64,000 bases of DNA. Origin: an uncultured Spirochaetota bacterium. GTDB taxonomy: Bacteria; Spirochaetota; Brevinematia; Brevinematales; JAOACQ01. Under the pieces are notes generated by a model. The model saw only the letters and a program-made list of their open reading frames with translations, was not told where the DNA came from and did not search any database. Positions 49,210-58,778 of this stretch are shown here, one piece after another. How positions within the stretch are numbered: position 1 is the first letter of the stretch; each line of letters opens with the position of its first letter. The translations under genes were made by a program, and so were the position numbers. The stretch covers positions 576,001 to 640,000 of the forward strand of contig CAWIGG010000004.1 of assembly GCA_963835575.1 (NCBI GenBank). Reading direction: 5' to 3'.

Positions 49210-50085
49210 TTATTCCCATATACCTTCCGCCACCGGAACAACTTTCCCGCCGACAAATACATCTATTCCTTTCTCATTCCCGCCCGCTTTCAAGTGAAGC
49301 AGCGAGGGTCTGCCTATTTCATATCCCTGTTCGCAGCGTATGTTAATCACATCTTTATTAAAGTATCTGTTTTTCACAAGGTATCCCGCCAGACAGCCGT
49401 TTCCGCTGCCAGTCGCCGGATCTTCAGGAACACCGTAATAATCGACAAATACCCTCACGCTCAATGTGTTCTCACTATTTCGTGTTTCAAGGCAGAACAC
49501 CAGAATTCCCTTGGCTTGTTTATCCCGAACAAAATCAAATAATTTGTCTTTATTTATTCTGCAATTTTTCAAAGCAGTGAGGTTTTTAAGCGGTACAATC
49601 CAGAACGGCAATCCTGTCGATACTTCCTGAATGGGAAACCGTCTATCAAAATTATTATCATCAAGGCCTAAAAACTCAGCTATTTTTTCAACTTCGGCTG
49701 TCGAAAAAAATTCCGGCGTGATCTGTTTCATCCATAAAAGGCCGTCCGGATTAAATTCTACAGGGATCTGCCCGGCTTTTAGATTAAGGACGACTTTTTT
49801 TATCTCTTTTTTTATGATTTCTTTCTGTATAACAAAAGCCGTCCCGAGGGCCGGATGGCCGGCAAAAGGGACTTCGGAGCCGGGAGTGAAAATCCTGACG
49901 TCATAGCCGCCGTTATTTTCCCTGTCCGACAGGATAAAAGCTGTTTCCGAGAAATTGATCTCGCGGGCAATCTTCTGCATTTCCTCATCCGAAAGGCCGC
50001 CGGCGTTTCTGAAAACAGCCAGCTGGTTCCCCTGGTATTTTCCCTCAGCGAAAACATCAATAAAATTATAAATAAGCTTACTCAT
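49210..50085 (-). CDS. PhzF family isomerase
   Basis: GNQLAV, NFSETAF, EVPFAGHP and EDPATGS motifs. Confidence 0.92.
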   Translation of the reverse strand: MSKLIYNFIDVFAEGKYQGNQLAVFRNAGGLSDEEMQKIAREINFSETAFILSDRENNGGYDVRIFTPGSEVPFAGHPALGTAFVIQKEIIKKEIKKVVLNLKAGQIPVEFNPDGLLWMKQITPEFFSTAEVEKIAEFLGLDDNNFDRRFPIQEVSTGLPFWIVPLKNLTALKNCRINKDKLFDFVRDKQAKGILVFCLETRNSENTLSVRVFVDYYGVPEDPATGSGNGCLAGYLVKNRYFNKDVINIRCEQGYEIGRPSLLHLKAGGNEKGIDVFVGGKVVPVAEGIWE

Positions 50086-50133
50086 ATAAACTTCCTTATT
50101 GCGTTAAACTTTTCCTGTATCGATCCTTTCATA

Positions 50134-50496
50134 TCATTTTTTCCTTTTGAAAATTTGATATACCCAGCCTGACAGGAATGGGACTATTATCGAATATGCC
50201 GGAAGGACCAGATATCTCAATAGAAAATCATGACTTATGATAAAATGCATGATGATGACCAATAAAGTAACTGTCAAGCCCAAAGTAAAGGCCAGAAGCC
50301 TGCTTAAGGCAAAGGAATTTTGAGGCTTCACAATAAAAAAGAAAGGAGTTATGATAATGAATAGAATTAAGAATGCCGTAAAAAACCTGAAAAATTCCGG
50401 TACAAATACTCTCTGATAGGTAATCAAAAAATATCCTGCGGCAAACAGGACCGCCAGTATCAGCCATTCATACCATTTCAAGCGTTGAAAAGTCAT
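50134..50496 (-). CDS. Small membrane protein
   Basis: Four hydrophobic segments; AAGGAG RBS before ATG 50496. Confidence 0.6.
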   Translation of the reverse strand: MTFQRLKWYEWLILAVLFAAGYFLITYQRVFVPEFFRFFTAFLILFIIITPFFFIVKPQNSFALSRLLAFTLGLTVTLLVIIMHFIISHDFLLRYLVLPAYSIIVPFLSGWVYQIFKRKK

Positions 50497-50535
50497 ATAT
50501 TTCTCCTTATAGAGACGCAATAAATCGCGTCATTA

Positions 50536-51474
50536 TTAGTGAATATTATCCACAATTTTATTATAAACAAATTCTGTTTTCGGTACAGGAACCGCATACT
50601 TTTTTCCCATTATTATAACTGCTCCTCCGAATAAATCGCCTTCGTTCTTCCTACCGCGCGTTTCCACATCCCTCTGATAGGAAGTCCTTGTCTCAAAAGG
50701 AAAAGACCGGGCTTTTTCCAAAGTTTTTTCAATAATATCCGGGTCCAGTTTAATTCCCTTTTTATCGGCTATTAACTTAATCTCAAGAATGATGCTTTGA
50801 GTCAATAATTTAAGTTCAGGATCATTATAAACCCCGCCGATGGTCTTTCCGGAATATGCCGTCACAAGCCCGTAAGAGGTCACGAAGAGATACTTTTCCC
50901 AGATCGCCGGATAAGGGTCCGTCAGCCATTGATAATGAATACCGGCCTTATCCAATATTTCCTTCACATCCCCGGCCTGATAATTATTATGAAGCGGGTC
51001 CGTCCCGAACAAAATTCTCGCGTCTCCGCCTCTCTGCAATACAACACCGGGCTTTTCGATATGTGTGCCGACATAGACACATGCAGGCAGGATAATTCCT
51101 TTTTTTAAATCTTTCCTGATCCTTTCGACAATGTCCACACCGTTCAAAAGCGGAAGTATCACCGTCTTTTCATCAGCAGTTTTCTTTATTTCCCGGGCCG
51201 CGTTCTCAAGATCGTAGCTTTTAACGCAGAGAAGAACAATGTCCGGCTTCGGAAGCTTTTCAATCGATTCGGCCGCGCTTTCCGGCCGGCATTTAAAAGT
51301 CCCTTCGGAAGAATCCAGAATCAGGCCGTTCTCTTGTATTGCCTTGAGATGTTCCCCCCTGGCTATGAAATAAACATGGGCAGATTGTTCCCTGTCATTC
51401 TGAAAATAATAGGCCAGCTTCCCGCCGAAATAACCGCCGACCCCGCCGGTGCCGAAAACAACTATATTTTTCAT
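50536..51474 (-). CDS. panE: 2-dehydropantoate 2-reductase
   Basis: GTGGVGG, VKSYD, LNGV, WEK and TSYQRD motifs. Confidence 0.88.
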   Translation of the reverse strand: MKNIVVFGTGGVGGYFGGKLAYYFQNDREQSAHVYFIARGEHLKAIQENGLILDSSEGTFKCRPESAAESIEKLPKPDIVLLCVKSYDLENAAREIKKTADEKTVILPLLNGVDIVERIRKDLKKGIILPACVYVGTHIEKPGVVLQRGGDARILFGTDPLHNNYQAGDVKEILDKAGIHYQWLTDPYPAIWEKYLFVTSYGLVTAYSGKTIGGVYNDPELKLLTQSIILEIKLIADKKGIKLDPDIIEKTLEKARSFPFETRTSYQRDVETRGRKNEGDLFGGAVIIMGKKYAVPVPKTEFVYNKIVDNIH

Positions 51475-51484
51475 GTACTTCCCT

Positions 51485-52174
51485 CTATTTTACAGCGTAA
51501 AAACCGGCCTGCATAACGGAATACCAGAATAGCTCAACCGTCCTGAAACCCGTATCATTGAGTAAATCCAGATGCTCTCTTACCGTAATGGGAAAATATT
51601 CCCTGTCAAACCGGACCATATGCGCTTCAACAGCGGAAACCGGCCTGCCTTTTTCAAGCTGGAAATTTTTCCACCGCTTCATTCCCAGATCAATCGAAGG
51701 GGATGATGAAGGCCGGATATTCTCAAAAGTGATAAATAATCCTTTTTCCTTTAACATAGAATAGCAGTTTTTCACCGCTCTTTTTCTTCCTTCCCGGTCA
51801 AAATAATGATGAGCCTGTACGGCCGTTATCACATCCGGCTTCTCTTTTTCCTTCCATTCAAGACTCTCCGAACCTGAAAGGGGCAGAAAATGAATCCTCT
51901 TATATCTCCTTTTGTCAATTTTCTCTTTCGCTTTTTCCAGCATGGCCGCCGAAGGGTCTGAAAGATAAAATTCGGTGCTGTGAAATTGGCCATAAGCCTG
52001 CATTATTAATGTGCCGGTGCCGCAGCCAGTATCCAGCCAAATTTCAGGTGATGGACAATATGCCTTGACTAATTCAATAGTTTCAGTATGAATTGCGTCA
52101 TAATACGGGATTGTTTTTCTGATCTGTTCATCATATTCGGATGATACATGCGCCGTCGAATTATCCTTATCCAT
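51485..52174 (-). CDS. Class I SAM-dependent methyltransferase (CmoA-like)
   Basis: IRKTIPYY and LDTGCGTG motifs. Confidence 0.85.
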   Translation of the reverse strand: MDKDNSTAHVSSEYDEQIRKTIPYYDAIHTETIELVKAYCPSPEIWLDTGCGTGTLIMQAYGQFHSTEFYLSDPSAAMLEKAKEKIDKRRYKRIHFLPLSGSESLEWKEKEKPDVITAVQAHHYFDREGRKRAVKNCYSMLKEKGLFITFENIRPSSSPSIDLGMKRWKNFQLEKGRPVSAVEAHMVRFDREYFPITVREHLDLLNDTGFRTVELFWYSVMQAGFYAVK

Positions 52175-52177
52175 ACC

Positions 52178-52987
52178 TTACTCCTTAACCGCGGTCAGAT
52201 AAATCCTGTTGAAAATCAATTCCACATATCCGTCCGGTCCCGCCTGCTTTTGAAACTCTTCCCGGACAATATTTTTAAAATTCTCTTTATATTCCGGTGT
52301 TAAAGCGCAGGTATAATATTCCTGGTTTAAATAGCCCGCTATCGCTCCCGATGCAAATATGGTATAAACATCGCCGGGAGTACGATACGATATATCTTCA
52401 TGGATTCTGGAATATTTTACTTTAAATCCGGCTTCCCTGAAGAGCCTGGAATAATCTTCCGCATCCTGCCGCATAAAGAAAGGGTTTGTCCAGCAGTAAA
52501 AGATTTCCTTTGTCTGAGGATCCGTTTTTATACGTTCAATCGCGTTCAAAAAATTCATGCAGTATTTTTTTCCGCCGGGTGCCTGAATTCCAGCTATCCC
52601 GTTTTTCCTGAGGGCCTGATAAAAATTCCGGACGCTTTTTAAAGGGTCCTTAAACCATTGAAAAGTGGAATTGCAGAAAATCACATCGAATTCATTCTTG
52701 AAATTAATGTCATCCGCTTCCATCCGGTAAAATTCAATCTCAGTATTATCATACTTTTTCTTCGCTTCACTGATCATTCCCTCCGACGGATCGATCCCGG
52801 CAACCCTGCCTTCAGTTAATTCCGATATCTTCTTTGTCAGATTCCCGGGCCCGCAGCCGGCATCCAGGACGTCATGATGCTTTTGAATGTTTAATAAAGA
52901 AAACAATGTGTCAGCCGCTCCTTTCTGGACAATGGATGTGTTTTCATATTTTGGCGAAATTGTTGTAAAATTGATATTTTCAGACAT
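52178..52987 (-). CDS. Class I SAM-dependent methyltransferase (Tam/BioC-like)
   Basis: LDAGCGPG and FDVIFCNSTFQW motifs. Confidence 0.85.
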   Translation of the reverse strand: MSENINFTTISPKYENTSIVQKGAADTLFSLLNIQKHHDVLDAGCGPGNLTKKISELTEGRVAGIDPSEGMISEAKKKYDNTEIEFYRMEADDINFKNEFDVIFCNSTFQWFKDPLKSVRNFYQALRKNGIAGIQAPGGKKYCMNFLNAIERIKTDPQTKEIFYCWTNPFFMRQDAEDYSRLFREAGFKVKYSRIHEDISYRTPGDVYTIFASGAIAGYLNQEYYTCALTPEYKENFKNIVREEFQKQAGPDGYVELIFNRIYLTAVKE

Positions 52988-53038
52988 AATGAACCTCGTT
53001 TATAAAAAATCGGTTTGGGCGGTCTAAAAAAACTAAAT

Positions 53039-53125
53039 TCTCACGCTAAGCCGCAAAGCACGCAAAGTATATAATAATATATTCCAAACAATTTACCTTT
53101 GCGGTCTTTGCGTCTCTGCGTGAGA
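53039..53125. repeat. Empty pair of 9-bp-periodic CGCAAAG inverted repeats
   Basis: tctcacgctaagccgcaaagcacgcaaag / ctttgcggtctttgcgtctctgcgtgaga with a 29-bp spacer. Confidence 0.8.
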
Positions 53126-53142
53126 AAAACCCCCAAAGGAAT

Positions 53143-53712
53143 TTACTTACCGAAAATCATTTTCGGCGGCGTCATCACCCAGAAGGCCTTAATCGGTTTA
53201 TTCCCCGTATTTTTTAAAACATGCGGCGAATCGGATGAAAAAGAAATGCTGTCGCCGGCTTTCAATTCGTACGATTTCGTGCCGATCTCGAACGCACCCT
53301 CGCCTTCGATGATCACGCCCAGCTCTTTGCCGATGTGGCCGTACTCATGGCTTCCCTTTTCACCGCCAGGCTTTATCTCCAGAAAATACGCCTCTATGCC
53401 ATGCACTTCATCGGGCCCTGTCGTGCGGGACAACTGCTCGTATGTCATACCCTGCTGGACCGTTTTCTGCCTTTCGCCGGCGCGGACGATATTGACGATC
53501 CTGTCTTTCTTAAAATCGCTGAACAGGTACTCCAGGTCGATGTCCAGGATCTCTATTATGGAAAGGAGCGTGTCCATGGCAGGCGAAACGCGGTTGCGCT
53601 CGATCTGTGAGATCAGGCTTTCGCTCAGACCAGCTTTCAGGGCCACTTCCTTCATCGTGAGGTTTTTTCTTTCCCGTACCTCGCGGATCTTGTCGCCGAA
53701 GGGATATTTCAT
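53143..53712 (-). CDS. XRE-family HTH regulator with cupin domain
   Basis: N-terminal HTH (LSESLISQIER); cupin HIGKE...GDSISFSSDSPH. Confidence 0.93.
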   Translation of the reverse strand: MKYPFGDKIREVRERKNLTMKEVALKAGLSESLISQIERNRVSPAMDTLLSIIEILDIDLEYLFSDFKKDRIVNIVRAGERQKTVQQGMTYEQLSRTTGPDEVHGIEAYFLEIKPGGEKGSHEYGHIGKELGVIIEGEGAFEIGTKSYELKAGDSISFSSDSPHVLKNTGNKPIKAFWVMTPPKMIFGK

Positions 53713-53750
53713 AATAACACTTCCTTTTTTTGTTGATTCATAATTTTAAC

Positions 53751-53797
53751 ATATAGTTAAGTATATACAGTATAATTTAAGTCGGAAACTTTGTCAA
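53751..53797 (-). promoter_or_regulatory. Regulator promoter with operator
   Basis: Minus-strand TTGACA-N17-TATACT; ATATAGTTAAGTATAT at 53751-53766. Confidence 0.7.
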
Positions 53798-53799
53798 GA

Positions 53800-53905
53800 G
53801 GGCCCAACTCCATATAAACACATTTCGTTTTAATAAAATATATGAAATTATTTTTATTCAACTTAATAAAGCAATACTTTACTGCCAAGGCTGTTTTTTT
53901 AAAGA
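53800..53905 (-). repeat. Recurring promoter module, copy 3 (-35 changed to TTGGCA, no cargo)
   Basis: The reverse complement of 53862-53884 is identical to 23127-23149, and the tail matches 20806-20850. Confidence 0.75.
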
Positions 53906-54225
53906 ATATTTAATAATAAATGATAAGTATAATAACTAAAAAGTTGCCCAACAAATCGTCCGTTCCCGAGGCCATTTTCCTCTTGGCTATAATCTGTACA
54001 TAAAATAACTCAATATCAAGTTGTGTTATCCGCTAACATAATAATAGAAGAGAGGCAAAACCGGCGCATAAAGCCACGCCCAGCACCACTTTGATTGCCC
54101 GTCCTCAAAGTGGTGCTGGGCAAGGACGGCGACATAAGAAGGCTATTTTAATAAGGGATCATTTTTTAAAAACCAGATGACACACATCTATACGATTCGA
54201 CTGCTTAGTATGAAAATGGCCAAAA

Positions 54226-55002
54226 TTATAAAATATCCAGTATTTCCAATAAACTGCTTATCGTTCTGTCCGGTCGTATTGTCTCATCCTCCGCCTTATT
54301 ATCCCTGTTAATCCATACGGATGCGATGCCGGCGTTTTTAGCTCCGGCTATGTCTGTTTTGAGAGAGTCGCCGGTCATTATGCATTCTTCTTTATTAACA
54401 TTAAATCGTTTCATTGCTTCTATAAAAATAGCGCCTTCCGGTTTGCCGACACCCAGTTCCCCTGAAATGATGATGTGCTTGAAAAAAGGGCCGATTCCGC
54501 TCCCCCGGATTTTTTCATACTGAAGGTCAGGGACCCCGTTCGATATGATGCCCAAGGGATATTTTTTTGATAAGGCTTCCATGACCTGTATTGTTTCGGG
54601 AAATGTTTTGTGCAGTTTTCTCCTTTCAGCCGGGAAAGTCTCGGCCAGAAGTTCTGCCAGTTCACCGTCCTGTATATTAAATTCCTGAAGCGCGTTCTTC
54701 CATGAATGAAATCGGTAAAGCGGGGAGAGAAGACCTAATTTTTTTATATTCTCATCTTCGTCCGCAAAATTTGCCCAGAGCGCTTCCCATGAACTGATGC
54801 CGATTTTCATGGCATAAGGGTAGGTTTCCATCTGGTACCATATTTCGCGGGCTTTTTTCCTGACGGCCTGATGCAGGTCTCCGGATTTGATGCCGTACTT
54901 TTCCTGCGCGATAAGGCCGGTTTTGATAAAAGCCTCTTCGGCCGCGGCGAGTTCGACGATCAGCGTATCGTCGAGATCAAAAAAGACGGCTTTGTACTGC
55001 AT
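54226..55002 (-). CDS. HAD-superfamily hydrolase (YjjG/YfnB-like)
   Basis: FDLDDTL, ISNG, KP and GDSLKTDI motifs. Confidence 0.9.
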   Translation of the reverse strand: MQYKAVFFDLDDTLIVELAAAEEAFIKTGLIAQEKYGIKSGDLHQAVRKKAREIWYQMETYPYAMKIGISSWEALWANFADEDENIKKLGLLSPLYRFHSWKNALQEFNIQDGELAELLAETFPAERRKLHKTFPETIQVMEALSKKYPLGIISNGVPDLQYEKIRGSGIGPFFKHIIISGELGVGKPEGAIFIEAMKRFNVNKEECIMTGDSLKTDIAGAKNAGIASVWINRDNKAEDETIRPDRTISSLLEILDIL

Positions 55003-55015
55003 TATCAGGTCTCTT

Positions 55016-57487
55016 TTATTTGTTTGAAATGTTTCTATTTGTCATGCTTTGTATCAATTCGCTGTAATTATTCCCGATATACACGGCGCCGTTATAAATG
55101 GCGACGATCTTGACCAACTGGGGCATGCTCATCTGTTCCGACTCCAGAAAAATCGGTTTGATGTAAAAAATATCCCTGCCTATCGGAATAAATTTAACAT
55201 ATCCTTTGAATATTTTTGAGCCCTTCTGGCTCCAGAGCGTAAAGAAGCTGGACATCCGGTCGTCCTGATTGATTTTTGATTCGATCTGCATCGGACCGAA
55301 GGAAGCAAAGGAAATATCAGGATAATAGAGGGAGATTTTCAGGCCCTGTGAATAATACCCCACTATCCAGCCCGATAAATTTTCCCTGCCCCGCGGTGTG
55401 AAAGGCTCCACGACTGAAAAATGCGTTGATATATTCGAAAGTATGCCGGTTTTGTTTGTTTCAAATGACGAAAGCATATAGAAAGGCTCAAAATTGGTTA
55501 CTTTATCGCCGTAAATCTGCCTTGGGATTTCCCAGACATTATCGCCGTTATAAAAGCTGTCTTCATTGTCCGTATGGTAGCGGCAGAGCACGGCCGACTG
55601 GATTTTCATGAGGTTGTAAGGATAGCGGAAATGGGCTTCAATACCGGCGGGGAAATCAGTTTGAAATACTCCCGGGAACAGAGTGCGGTAAGTTTCCGCG
55701 ATGGGATCAGATTTATCGATAATATAATAGGCGGCATCGCCGGTATAAGCGTCGACGGTTACCTTGACAGAATTCCTGATATAGTTGATCCTGCCGAAAG
55801 AAGTGTCAAATCTCTCAGCCAGCGGGAAACGGCGGGAGGTGGTGTACGCGTCAATGATCCAGATGAGCTTTCCGTTTAAAATGACGGGATAGGGATCGGG
55901 GTCGTATTCAAGATAGGGGAAGATCATTTTGACCCGCTCAAGAATATTCCTGTAATATATGATCCTGGAGTCTTTTGTCAGGTACTGGCTGAGGAGGATG
56001 TTTTTTTCCTTGAAAGACATGCTGTACAATAGTTTGTTAAGTAAATTTCCGACCGGGACGCCGCGCTCCAGAAGATAGCGGTTCGTTATCCTGTTTGTTT
56101 CCGTCGTGTATTCAAATTCATCCGCTTTTGTATGAATAATGATATAATGGCCTGTCATCTCGCCGAAATAGATCTGAGGAAAGTCCAGGGCCAGGTTTGA
56201 AAAAACAGGGCTCTGGTCGAGGCCGCCGAGCCAGTAAACCGGACTTCCTTCCTTATCGACCAGATGGGAGGGTGAAAGAACAGCCCCATGCCCATGCGTG
56301 TACCGCAGGTGAATATTGTCCCAATTCATAGCTTCAGGAGAGAGATTGGAAATATTGAGCTCCCTGGCGGACAGGACAACCTGCGTCAGATTTGTCCGCG
56401 AGGGGGAAGTTTCAAAAGGATAGGCGTCGACATCGACATCCGCGAAATCGAAATAGGTTTTGAGCGTCTGCATCTGGTCGATGACTTTTTTATACGGGTC
56501 TGTATCCCAGATACGGAGTGAATTGACAACGGTTTCAAAGCCCTTTGCCGGGTTTTCGTAATCAGGATAATAAAGGGGCGTAAAATTGAGGGCAAAAGCG
56601 TTCCGGGTCGCTTCGATCCTGTTTTTAATGAAAGGCTTCTGCAGCATGAGTTCATTGGGCTTTACGAAAAAATTCTCCATGATGATGGGATAGAGCCCGG
56701 TCAGTCCGAAATATAGAGTAACAATTATCCCGGCGGAAAAGAGCAGAACTCTGAAACGGATGCCTTTGAAGGATTTTATTATGAGAAAGAAGATGGCGGC
56801 AATACAAATTCCTATCCAGATGATAGCGCCCAGCAGAAGTCCGTAAAAAGAGGAATAACTTATCCCCAGTTTCGGGCTGGGCTGGCTGACCAGATTTTCC
56901 AGAAGGGAAAGAAAAAAATAGAAAAGCCAGACGAACGCTGTTATGAGGAATAATAACATGGTTGAAAAATGAAAATGGATTTTACCGTCTTTTACTAATG
57001 TCTTTTTCTTTCTATGATAATAAATAATATCAAAAAACATGATAAAAGAGACTAATAAAGAGGCCATTAAAACAATTACTTTGACAAGGGGAAGCAGGCT
57101 CATATAAAAGTAGGCGCTGAGGCGGAAAAACGGGTCGGAATAGGAAGCGGTTTGAATAAAAGGATTAACCATCAGGAGATCACGGTTCAAAAGGCCGTAA
57201 ACGCCGTTCAGTATGGATAAAGCACAGATAAGGATATTTAAGATCAGACTTTTTTTGATCTGCCGGAAGATGTAAAACCAGCAGAATAGAATTATAAAAG
57301 ACAGAATGACCGGTATTACAAAAGATAAAGCCTGGAGCATGAAAACTTTTGCAATGACGGCGGAAAAACCGGCGTTTTTAAGCCATATCCAGTCCGTAAT
57401 CCACCGGCAAAAAAAGAAATACACGGCGGCAAAAATAAGTATAATAATGATCAGGATTAATATAATATATTTTAAAACCTTTTTCAT
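55016..57487 (-). CDS. UPF0182 family membrane protein
   Basis: LRIWD, DVDVDAY, YTHGHG, IYFGE and NYIRNSVK motifs. Confidence 0.92.
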   Translation of the reverse strand: MKKVLKYIILILIIIILIFAAVYFFFCRWITDWIWLKNAGFSAVIAKVFMLQALSFVIPVILSFIILFCWFYIFRQIKKSLILNILICALSILNGVYGLLNRDLLMVNPFIQTASYSDPFFRLSAYFYMSLLPLVKVIVLMASLLVSFIMFFDIIYYHRKKKTLVKDGKIHFHFSTMLLFLITAFVWLFYFFLSLLENLVSQPSPKLGISYSSFYGLLLGAIIWIGICIAAIFFLIIKSFKGIRFRVLLFSAGIIVTLYFGLTGLYPIIMENFFVKPNELMLQKPFIKNRIEATRNAFALNFTPLYYPDYENPAKGFETVVNSLRIWDTDPYKKVIDQMQTLKTYFDFADVDVDAYPFETSPSRTNLTQVVLSARELNISNLSPEAMNWDNIHLRYTHGHGAVLSPSHLVDKEGSPVYWLGGLDQSPVFSNLALDFPQIYFGEMTGHYIIIHTKADEFEYTTETNRITNRYLLERGVPVGNLLNKLLYSMSFKEKNILLSQYLTKDSRIIYYRNILERVKMIFPYLEYDPDPYPVILNGKLIWIIDAYTTSRRFPLAERFDTSFGRINYIRNSVKVTVDAYTGDAAYYIIDKSDPIAETYRTLFPGVFQTDFPAGIEAHFRYPYNLMKIQSAVLCRYHTDNEDSFYNGDNVWEIPRQIYGDKVTNFEPFYMLSSFETNKTGILSNISTHFSVVEPFTPRGRENLSGWIVGYYSQGLKISLYYPDISFASFGPMQIESKINQDDRMSSFFTLWSQKGSKIFKGYVKFIPIGRDIFYIKPIFLESEQMSMPQLVKIVAIYNGAVYIGNNYSELIQSMTNRNISNK

Positions 57488-57528
57488 TCACAGCTCTTTT
57501 TTTAGATTAATAATAGAAATAAACTCTT

Positions 57529-58122
57529 TTATTTTTCCCGGTATTTTTCCGGGATAATGATGGATTTTTCAGTAACGATCATATCAACAGGGTAGTCGTT
57601 TTCAGTATGGGGAATGTCTTCGGCGATCTGAAAGTCAAAGCAGATGCCGATAATTTTATTTATCCGGGTTTTCTTTAAAAAACGGTCAAAATAGCCTTTC
57701 CCGTAACCGATACGGTTTCCATCCCTGCCGAAAACGACGCCGGGGATCAAAGCCAGTTCAATCGATTTAAAATAAGGCTTTGTGGCCGGTTCGGGAATAT
57801 TATAGGCGCCGGGCTTAAAGTCAAAATAGAGGTCTTCGACAATACGGGGCACGACATCCTTTTTTTCGACTAAAGAAGGGAATAAAATCATCTTTTTTTG
57901 AAGAAAGAGATCTTTTGCCAGCGGCAGGAGGTCCACTTCATTCATGATCGGAATATAAAAAAGAATGGATTTTACTTCCGGTCCTATTAATTTTCCGAGA
58001 TTACCGATTAATTTTTCGGATCTATTCTCAACACTGTCTTTTGACAGCGCTTTTCTCAAGTCAAGGTATCTCTTGCGGAGCCCTTTCTTTTTTTTAAAAA
58101 TCTCTTCGGAATTTATCTGCAT
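57529..58122 (-). CDS. 5-formyltetrahydrofolate cyclo-ligase
   Basis: IPEP, PGVVF and RIGYGKGYFDRFL motifs; start at 58122 after GAGGA. Confidence 0.92.
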   Translation of the reverse strand: MQINSEEIFKKKKGLRKRYLDLRKALSKDSVENRSEKLIGNLGKLIGPEVKSILFYIPIMNEVDLLPLAKDLFLQKKMILFPSLVEKKDVVPRIVEDLYFDFKPGAYNIPEPATKPYFKSIELALIPGVVFGRDGNRIGYGKGYFDRFLKKTRINKIIGICFDFQIAEDIPHTENDYPVDMIVTEKSIIIPEKYREK

Positions 58123-58129
58123 TTTTTCC

Positions 58130-58768
58130 TCACTCGGACTCAGATATTTTTTTGTATTCCATGATTTTATCCCGGATGAGGGCGGCTTTCTCATAATTTT
58201 CTTCATTGATCGCGGATTCAAGCTCTTCTTTTAATTCCAGCAGGGAATGGTTCTGTCCTATAAATAAACGGGGGTTTTTACGGGTTTCCAGGGGCAGTTC
58301 TTCCCATTTTTGACCCTCGGGGCCGGAATCTGAATGAGAATTAATTATCTGCAGTATTTCCCTGACAGCCGGATCTTCTTCAATTTTTTTAAGAATTTCC
58401 TCGGAAACATAAATCGGGGCATTGGCGCGCAGCGTGAGGGCAAGGCCGTCCGAAGGCCTGATCGGGTATACGCTTGTCCCGGCGCTGTTTTTAATACTGA
58501 GCTCTGAAAAGAAGATGCCGTCGTTCAGTTTGTTTATGACCATTTTTTCCAGAATAAAGGAATTATCCTCTATGAATTGAAATAACAGATCGCTTAAAAA
58601 CGGCCTGTCAGGGATTATTTTTTCAAGAGCCATCAGGATGTTGCTGGCTTCAAATGAACCGATCAGCATCGGAAGAAAACGGCTTTTATAGCCGTTTTCT
58701 TTGAGTAAAATAAGAAAGTCGCTGCCGTTCATATAAATATTGTAAAAAGATAGATCAGAAAAATTCAT
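58130..58768 (-). CDS. Bifunctional nuclease (DUF151) with C-terminal UVR domain
   Basis: LIGSFEA, RP..SDL, RPSDGLAL and ENYEKAALIRD motifs. Confidence 0.88.
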   Translation of the reverse strand: MNFSDLSFYNIYMNGSDFLILLKENGYKSRFLPMLIGSFEASNILMALEKIIPDRPFLSDLLFQFIEDNSFILEKMVINKLNDGIFFSELSIKNSAGTSVYPIRPSDGLALTLRANAPIYVSEEILKKIEEDPAVREILQIINSHSDSGPEGQKWEELPLETRKNPRLFIGQNHSLLELKEELESAINEENYEKAALIRDKIMEYKKISESE

Positions 58769-58778
58769 ATGAAAATCC

